DNA of 64,000 nt from assembly GCA_963841385.1 (NCBI GenBank), contig CAWJCO010000006.1:48883-112882 (forward strand). Direction: 5' to 3'. Below the pieces are notes generated by a model. That model had not been told where the DNA came from. It saw only the letters and a list, made by a program, of their open reading frames with translations, and made no database searches. Source of the stretch: an uncultured Chloroflexia bacterium. GTDB lineage: Bacteria; Chloroflexota; Dormibacteria; Aeolococcales; Aeolococcaceae. Shown here one piece after another: positions 57,969-64,000 of this stretch. Position 1 is the stretch's first letter. Every line of letters begins with the position of its first letter. The position numbers and the translations under genes were made by a program.

Positions 57969-59219
57969 ATGCGCTGGACCATGCCACCCGAGAGCCTGCC
58001 CGAAGCCTGGTTCAATGTCGTGCCGCGCCTTGCGCAGCCCATCGAGCCTCCGCTGCACCCCGGCACCCGCGAGCCCGCGGGCCCGCAGGACCTGGCCCCC
58101 CTCTTCCCGATGGCGCTGATCCTCCAGGAGGTCTCGACCGACCCGTGGATCGACATCCCGGGTGAGGTGATCGACATCCTCCGGCTCTGGCGTCCGACTC
58201 CCCTGGTGCGGGCCCGCCGCCTCGAGCAGGCGCTCGACACCCCGGCCCGCATCTACTACAAGGACGAGTCGGTCTCGCCCGCCGGGTCGCACAAGCCCAA
58301 CACCGCCGTCCCCCAGGCGTACTTCAACCGCGAGGAGGGGGTTAAGCGGATCGCCACCGAGACCGGCGCCGGTCAGTGGGGGAGCGCGCTGGCCTTCGCG
58401 TGCGCCTTCTTCGGCCTCACCTGCAAGGTCTACATGGTGCGGGCCTCGTACAACCAGAAGCCGTACCGTCGGATGATGATCGAGACCTGGGGTGGCGAGG
58501 TGGTGCCGTCGCCGGTCGACCAGCCGGACAGCCCTGGCTCGCTGGGCATGGCGATCAGCGACGCGGTCCGGGATGCCGCCGGCCGCGAGGACACCCACTA
58601 CTCGCTGGGATCGGTGCTCAACCACGTGCTGCTCCACCAGACCGTGATCGGGCTGGAGGCGAAGGAGCAGCTCCAGGCGGCGGGGGAGGAGAAGCCGGAC
58701 CTGGTCATCGGCTGCTGCGGCGGCGGGTCGAACCTGGGCGGGATCGCGCTGCCCTTCGTCCCCGACGACGGCGTCGAGCTGCTGGCGGTGGAGCCGACCA
58801 GCTGTGCCACCCTCACCACCGGGAGGTTCGAGTACGACTTCGGCGACACCGCCGGGCTCACCCCGCTGCTCTCCATGTACACGCTGGGCCACGACTTCGT
58901 GCCCCCGTCGATCCATGCCGGCGGGCTGCGCTACCACGGCGACGCGCCGATCATCAGCAACCTGGTGCGCACCGGCCGGATGCGGGCCACCGCCTGCACC
59001 CAGACCGCGGTGTTCGAGGCCGCCATCCAGTGGGCGCGGACCCAGGGGACGATCCCGGCGCCGGAGACGGCCCACGCCATCAGGGCGACCATCGACGCCG
59101 CCATCCAGGCCCGCGAGGAGGGCAAGGAGAAGGTGATCCTCTTCGGCTACTCCGGGCACGGGCTGCTCGACCTGCAGGCGTACGACGACTTCCTCTCCGG
59201 GAAGCTGGCCGGCAGCTGA
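57969..59219 (+). CDS. trpB2: Stand-alone tryptophan synthase beta-2 type PLP enzyme
   Basis: LPEAWFN, WRPTPL.RA..LE, GSHKPN (PLP Lys), [36 protein letters not shown]. Confidence 0.92.
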   Translation: MRWTMPPESLPEAWFNVVPRLAQPIEPPLHPGTREPAGPQDLAPLFPMALILQEVSTDPWIDIPGEVIDILRLWRPTPLVRARRLEQALDTPARIYYKDESVSPAGSHKPNTAVPQAYFNREEGVKRIATETGAGQWGSALAFACAFFGLTCKVYMVRASYNQKPYRRMMIETWGGEVVPSPVDQPDSPGSLGMAISDAVRDAAGREDTHYSLGSVLNHVLLHQTVIGLEAKEQLQAAGEEKPDLVIGCCGGGSNLGGIALPFVPDDGVELLAVEPTSCATLTTGRFEYDFGDTAGLTPLLSMYTLGHDFVPPSIHAGGLRYHGDAPIISNLVRTGRMRATACTQTAVFEAAIQWARTQGTIPAPETAHAIRATIDAAIQAREEGKEKVILFGYSGHGLLDLQAYDDFLSGKLAGS

Positions 59220-59413
59220 CGCGGGCCGGGGACGCCACCCCGCCGCTCGGGCACATGGCCCGGCGCGGGCCGCCGCCGGGGTGCCCTGACCGGCGCAGTG
59301 CCGCCGATGCGGGCCCTGCCCTGCCGTGCTCCCGTCCGGCTGGGCGCCTCCGTTCGGCTCAGTGCGAACGCGTCAGATGAGCACCGGCTCCGGGCCTCCT
59401 CCTCGTGAAACCA

Positions 59414-59437
59414 GTTAAGGACATTTCTGTCCTTAAG
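59414..59437. repeat. Extragenic palindrome, copy 2
   Basis: TTAAGGACA-TTTC-TGTCCTTAA perfect 9-bp inverted repeat. Confidence 0.7.
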
Positions 59438-59540
59438 GGGTTGGGCAGGCAGGGGCAACCGGCATGGACGCAGTTGCGCGATTTGGCGCGGTCCGCTGGG
59501 CGACTGCGGAGGCCTCCGCGCCCAGGCTGTCGGAAGCGGG

Positions 59541-60188
59541 TCAGAGGGGGAGGCCCTGCTCCAGGTAGGCGAGCGCCTCGTCGATGTCGGGTAGGAACTC
59601 GGTCCAGTCCCGATGCGGATTCTCGACCAGCGGCTCCATCGCCACCATCATCACCCCGAGCACCGCGCCCACGAAGGTGCGCACCCGGATGTCATCGGCG
59701 GGCCGCCCCGCTCGAACGGCGACCGCCTCGGCGAGGACCCGGAAGGATCGGACGAGCTCGTTGATCCACCGGGCTCGCACCTCCGGGACCGTGAAGGTGA
59801 GGAGCATCCGCACCCGCTCGAGCTCCACCTCCTCGGGGGAGAAGGAGCCGGTGATCCCGCCGATGCTGCGCACCGCCTCCCGGCACGCCTGCAGCGGAGT
59901 GAGATCGGGCGGCAGCTTGACGAAGATCTCCAGCAGGAGCTCGTCGTAGTCGTCGCGGAGGACGACGTCCTCCTTGGTCGGGAAGTAGCGGAAGAAGGTG
60001 CTGGGCGAGACCTCGGCGGCCTCGGCGATGTCCTCGACGGTGGCGCCGTCGTAGCCCCGCTCGCGGAAGAGGCGCATCGCCTCCTGCTGGATGGCGGCGC
60101 GGGTCTTCGCCTTCTTCCGCTCGCGGAGCGACGGGGCCCGGCCCTCGACCGTGTCTGATGACGTCATCTCGACCCGATTCTCATTCAA
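59541..60188 (-). CDS. TetR-family regulator
   Basis: SLRERKKAKTRAAIQQEAMRLF.ERGY..ATVEDIAEAAEVSPSTFFRYFPTKED. Confidence 0.92.
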   Translation of the reverse strand: MNENRVEMTSSDTVEGRAPSLRERKKAKTRAAIQQEAMRLFRERGYDGATVEDIAEAAEVSPSTFFRYFPTKEDVVLRDDYDELLLEIFVKLPPDLTPLQACREAVRSIGGITGSFSPEEVELERVRMLLTFTVPEVRARWINELVRSFRVLAEAVAVRAGRPADDIRVRTFVGAVLGVMMVAMEPLVENPHRDWTEFLPDIDEALAYLEQGLPL

Positions 60189-60220
60189 CCTGCTGGGGCG
60201 TCCGGCTAGATCCTAGCGGC

Positions 60221-61822
60221 TCACAACGCCGTCCGCGCGGCTGCGGCGTCGGCGAGCCGGGGCACCGCGGGCGAGTCAGCGGCGCCGGTCGGGGATGCGG
60301 AGGCCAGCGCCGGGGTGCGCAGCGGCATGAACACGAGGGTGAGCAGCAGGCCGACGCCGGAGATCCCCGCCGAGACCAGGAAGGCGGCGTCCATGCCCTG
60401 GACGAAGGCCGTCTGGACCCCGTGGATGAGCGCCGGGGAGCCGAGCTGCCGGGCCACCGCCAGACCCTGGCTCAGCCCCTCCTTCATGGCGGCGACGGCG
60501 GGGCCGGGCAGGCCGGCGATCGGCAGGTGCCCCTGGTACACCGAGCTGAGCGCGCTGCCGAAGACGGCGGCGCCGAGCGGCCCGCCCACCTTGTTGACCG
60601 CCTGGAGCACGCCGCTCGCCACCCCGCTGCGCTCGGCGTCGATCTGGGCCAGCGCGGCCGACGCCGCCGGGGCGAAGACCAGGCCAAGGCCGAGCCCGCC
60701 CACCGCCATCCAGGCTGCGGTGACCCCCTCGCCGGTGCCGAGGGTGGTGGTCGCCGCCCAGAGGGCGGTCAGCCCGAGGATCACGAACCCCAGGCTCATC
60801 ACCAGCTTGATGCCGATCCAGCGGATGAAGCGGGCCGAGGGCACCGCCCCGAGGATCAGGCCGCCGATCAGGGGAAGGAGGCGGACCCCGCTGCCCATCG
60901 GGTCCACGCCGGTGATCCCCTGGAAGTACTGGGGCAGGGTGAAGATCACGCCCACCATCACCACGCCACAGACGGCCAGGAGCAGCACGCCCCAGGTGAA
61001 GCTGCGCGAGCGGAAGAGCGCGATGTCGACGAGCGGCTGGCCGCCGGGGCGGCGGGTGACGAGGACCTCCCAGCGCAGGAACGCGAGGAGCAGGGCGGCA
61101 CCGATGACCATGGGCAGGACGGCGCTCAGGCTTCCCCAGCCGTCCTGACCGGCCTGGATCAGGCCGTAGGTGAGGCCCACCAGCCCGGCGGTCGAGAGCA
61201 GCACGCCGGCCGGGTCGAGCCCCGGCTTCTCGGCGGACTTGGTCTCCGGGACCAGGGCCAGCACGGCGACCAGGCCCAGCAGGGCGACCGGGACGTTCAT
61301 CAGGAACACCCAGCCCCACCAGGCGTGACTGAGGATGTAGCCGCCGAGGATGGGCCCGATCGGGAACGAGACGAAGTTGACCGCCGCCCAGATGCCCACC
61401 GCCTTGGGCCGCTCCTCCGGGGTGAAGAGCACGGCCAGGGCGGACATCGCCATCACGATCAAAGGCGCCCCGGCGAAGCCGAGCAGGACCCGCGCGGCGA
61501 GGAACTCCCCAGAGGTCTGGGAGATGGCACAGCCGGCGGAGGCGAGCCCGAAGAGCAACAGGGCGCCGAGCATCACCCGCTTGCGGCCGAACCGGTCACC
61601 CAGGAGGCCGGCGGGTAGCATCAGCGCGGCCAGCACCAGCAGGTAGCCGGAGGAGAACCACTGCAGGTCGGACTCCGAGGCATGGAGCTTGACGGCCAGG
61701 GTGGGCAGGGCGACGCTCAGCACGGTCGCGTCCAGCCCGACCGCGAGCACGGCGAGCATGACGCCGCCCAGCGCCCACCACTTGCGGACGCCGCTTCCGG
61801 AGGCGATGGCCGGTGCGTTCAT
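60221..61822 (-). CDS. MFS efflux transporter, DHA2 (EmrB/QacA-like)
   Basis: LDATVLSVALP, LQWFSSGY, GDRFGRKR, WWGWVFLMNVP; SD AGGAGG. Confidence 0.92.
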   Translation of the reverse strand: MNAPAIASGSGVRKWWALGGVMLAVLAVGLDATVLSVALPTLAVKLHASESDLQWFSSGYLLVLAALMLPAGLLGDRFGRKRVMLGALLLFGLASAGCAISQTSGEFLAARVLLGFAGAPLIVMAMSALAVLFTPEERPKAVGIWAAVNFVSFPIGPILGGYILSHAWWGWVFLMNVPVALLGLVAVLALVPETKSAEKPGLDPAGVLLSTAGLVGLTYGLIQAGQDGWGSLSAVLPMVIGAALLLAFLRWEVLVTRRPGGQPLVDIALFRSRSFTWGVLLLAVCGVVMVGVIFTLPQYFQGITGVDPMGSGVRLLPLIGGLILGAVPSARFIRWIGIKLVMSLGFVILGLTALWAATTTLGTGEGVTAAWMAVGGLGLGLVFAPAASAALAQIDAERSGVASGVLQAVNKVGGPLGAAVFGSALSSVYQGHLPIAGLPGPAVAAMKEGLSQGLAVARQLGSPALIHGVQTAFVQGMDAAFLVSAGISGVGLLLTLVFMPLRTPALASASPTGAADSPAVPRLADAAAARTAL

Positions 61823-61837
61823 GGCGGTGTCCTCCTT

Positions 61838-61886
61838 TTGACACTGACTTCCATCCGAGAGTAACCACTATAGAAGTGAATGTCAA
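61838..61886 (-). promoter_or_regulatory. MFS promoter flanked by inverted operator-like repeats
   Basis: Minus-strand TTGACA-N17-TACTCT; symmetric TTGACA-N3-ACTTC...GAAGT-N3-TGTCAA. Confidence 0.7.
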
Positions 61887-62064
61887 GAGGTGGTGACTAT
61901 CATAATTGCCACGAGCTCTTCGCGAAGCCGGCCCGAATCTGTGCTCAGCCCGCCGGCCGGCGAGGAGCCCGTGGCGCAGCTCGCCGGGCGGTAGGGGCGC
62001 AGCCCGGGCGCCGGCCGCGACGCCCACCCCGAGGAGCGGATGATCAGCGCTCGCCCATCCGCCC

Positions 62065-63411
62065 ATGAACCCGATGCCCCCCACCCCGCCTCCCGCGCCT
62101 CTGCCCGCAGCGGTCGCCCTCGTCCCGGACCTGCTCCTCCGTCGCCAGGCGGAGCCCTTCGTGGTCATGGCCAAGCCGATCGGCCCACTCTGCAACCTCG
62201 CCTGCGACTACTGCTACTACCTGGGCAAGACCAGCCTCTTCCCGGCCGGTGAGCGCTACCGGATGAGCGACGGGGTGCTCGAGGCCCACGTCCGCTCCTT
62301 CATCGAGGCGAGCCCGGGGCCCCTGGTCTGCTTCGCCTGGCACGGGGGCGAGCCCACCCTCGCCGGTCTCGCCTTCTACCGTCGGGTGGTGGAGCTGCAG
62401 CGCCGCCACCTGCCCTCGGGATGGCGGTGCATCAACAACCTGCAGACCAACGGGACCCGGCTCGACGATGGGTGGTGCGCCTTCCTCGCCGAGCATGGCT
62501 TCGCGGTCGGCCTGAGCGTCGACGGGCCCGCCCGGTTCCACGACCGCAGCCGGCCCGACCGCCGGGGGAACCCGACCCACGCCAGGGCGATGCGGGGCCT
62601 GGCTCGGCTGCGCGCCCACGGCGTCGAGCCGGACGTGCTCTGCACCCTCAACGCGCGCACCGCGGCGGCGCCGCTCGAGGTGTATCGCTTCTTCCTCGAC
62701 GAGGGGGTGCGCTGGGTGCAGTTCCTCCCCGTCGTGGAGCGGGCGGCGGATGGCGGTGTCACCGAGCGGTCGGTCGCGCCGGGGACCATGGCCAGCTTCC
62801 TCTGCACCATCTTCGACGAGTGGGTCCGCCACGACGTGGGTCGAATCGTGGTCCAGAACTTCGCCGAGGCGCTCCTGGTGGTGAGCGGGACCCCCGCCAA
62901 CCTCTGCGTGATGTCCGAGACCTGCGGCCGGGTGCTGGCTCTCGAACACGACGGCGGCGTCTACGCCTGCGACCACTTCGTCGACCCGAGTCACCGGCTG
63001 GGGAACGTCGCCCACGAAGGCCTGGGCGCGCTGGTCGGCTCGCCGGCGCAGGTCGCCTTCGGTGAGGCCAAGCGGGCGAGCCTCCCCGCCGTCTGCCGGT
63101 CCTGCCCGGTCCGGTTCCTCTGCAACGGCGGATGTCCCAAGGACCGCTTCGCATTCGCGCCCGACGGGGAGCCGGGTCTCAACCACCTCTGCGAGGGATA
63201 CCGGGTGTCCTTCGAGCACATGCTTCCCCACCTCGAGCGGATGGTCCGGCTGGGCCGGTCCGGTCAAGGGGTGGCCGCGATCATGGGAGTGCTCGCGGTC
63301 GAGGAGCGCGCTGAGCGGCAGCGCTGGCGAGCCGCCTCGCGCAACGATCCCTGCCCGTGTGGCAGCGGTCGGAAGTACAAGCACTGCTGCCTGGCGGCCC
63401 GGCGGAGGTGA
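62065..63411 (+). CDS. Anaerobic sulfatase maturase-like radical SAM/SPASM enzyme with C-terminal SEC-C motif
   Basis: CNLACDYC, WHGGEP, LQTNG, SPASM Cys (CVMSETCG, ACDH, CRSCPVRFLCNGGCPK, LCEG), RNDPCPCGSGRKYKHCC. Confidence 0.92.
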   Translation: MNPMPPTPPPAPLPAAVALVPDLLLRRQAEPFVVMAKPIGPLCNLACDYCYYLGKTSLFPAGERYRMSDGVLEAHVRSFIEASPGPLVCFAWHGGEPTLAGLAFYRRVVELQRRHLPSGWRCINNLQTNGTRLDDGWCAFLAEHGFAVGLSVDGPARFHDRSRPDRRGNPTHARAMRGLARLRAHGVEPDVLCTLNARTAAAPLEVYRFFLDEGVRWVQFLPVVERAADGGVTERSVAPGTMASFLCTIFDEWVRHDVGRIVVQNFAEALLVVSGTPANLCVMSETCGRVLALEHDGGVYACDHFVDPSHRLGNVAHEGLGALVGSPAQVAFGEAKRASLPAVCRSCPVRFLCNGGCPKDRFAFAPDGEPGLNHLCEGYRVSFEHMLPHLERMVRLGRSGQGVAAIMGVLAVEERAERQRWRAASRNDPCPCGSGRKYKHCCLAARRR

Positions 63412-64000
63412 ACGCACCGGACCCCGCCCGGGGCGTCGACGAGATCGACGCGGAGCTCCGAGCCCACGCTTCCCCGGAGCGGGCGGCGCAGGAGAGGGCG
63501 TACCTGAAAAGTGACCTGGAGCACCTTGGGGTGAGCGTTCCCGCCATCCGGGCGGTGGCGAAGCGGGTCGCCGCCCGGCGGCCCGCCCTCGGCCGGGAGG
63601 ACCTGCTCGCCCTGGTGCAGGCCCTCTGGGAGGGGAGGGTGTACGAGCGCCGACGGATCGCCGTCGAGCTGTTGGAGATCCGCGGCGATCGTCTTGAGGC
63701 GTCCGACGTCGGCCTGGTCGAGCAGCTGCTCCGGGAGGCGCGCACCTGGGCGCTGGTCGACGAGCTGGCCGCCGTCGTCGTGGGGGGGCTGGTCGAGCGC
63801 CACCCCGAGCTGGGCGCGGTGCTGGACCGCTGGGCCAGCGACCCGGACCTCTGGATCCGCCGGTCGGCGCTGCTCGCCCTGCTGGTGCCGCTCCGTCGCG
63901 GTGGCGGGGACTTCGCCCGCTTCGCACGGTACGCGGACGGGATGCTCGACGAGCCCGAGTTCTTCATCCGCAAGGCGATCGGCTGGGTGCTGCGGGACAC
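63408..64000 (+). CDS. DNA alkylation repair protein (AlkD-like), partial
   Basis: Manual translation from GTG 63408: YLKSDLEHLGV..P..R...WALVD...RWASDPDLWIRRSA...EFFIRKAIGWVLRD; runs off the right edge. Confidence 0.85.
   Translation, partial: MNAPDPARGVDEIDAELRAHASPERAAQERAYLKSDLEHLGVSVPAIRAVAKRVAARRPALGREDLLALVQALWEGRVYERRRIAVELLEIRGDRLEASDVGLVEQLLREARTWALVDELAAVVVGGLVERHPELGAVLDRWASDPDLWIRRSALLALLVPLRRGGGDFARFARYADGMLDEPEFFIRKAIGWVLRD

Noticed and set aside
60213-60224. VSR mini-ORF after the MFS stop as another relay
   Set aside because: Its stop does not overlap the TetR start; a separate TAGGAT -10 is present.

Overview
64-kb window from a very GC-rich bacterial chromosome, mostly core/metabolic genes. 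Gene content and order (coaX-dusB-greA-lysS, tandem DegV, hisZ plus short hisG) suggest a Terrabacteria lineage, possibly Chloroflexota-related such as Ca. Dormibacterota (inference only). Main blocks: UDG-like/NDT-like/GATase operon; HelY-like helicase, MFS, DUF503, S53 peptidase; orphan ParA with small partner; LAL regulator plus mini sigma4-like protein; his operon (hisZGDBHAFI plus GH15); arg operon (argCJBDRGH) with ARG-box promoter; leucine-catabolism cluster (TetR, ECH, frameshifted MCC-beta, MCC-alpha, HMG-CoA lyase, ACAD, AACS); DegV x2, coaX, dusB, greA, lysS, serS; pip, CYTH, trpB2; TetR/MFS; anSME-like radical SAM; AlkD-like. I found no tRNA, rRNA, CRISPR or intact mobile element. 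Most unusual signals, read by eye: (1) every intergenic gap in the his and arg operons, and several elsewhere, is spanned by tiny ORFs whose start overlaps the upstream stop and whose stop overlaps the downstream start, giving an unbroken translational-coupling chain in a window where many first genes look leaderless; (2) a ~75-nt candidate sRNA between dusB and greA with its own promoter, terminator and an anti-SD/anti-AUG-like core; (3) nested TGAGTACC sites between the LAL gene and a mini sigma4 gene; (4) a dispersed TTAAGGAC-N6-GTCCTTAA palindrome. All assignments come from motif recognition; no searches were run.
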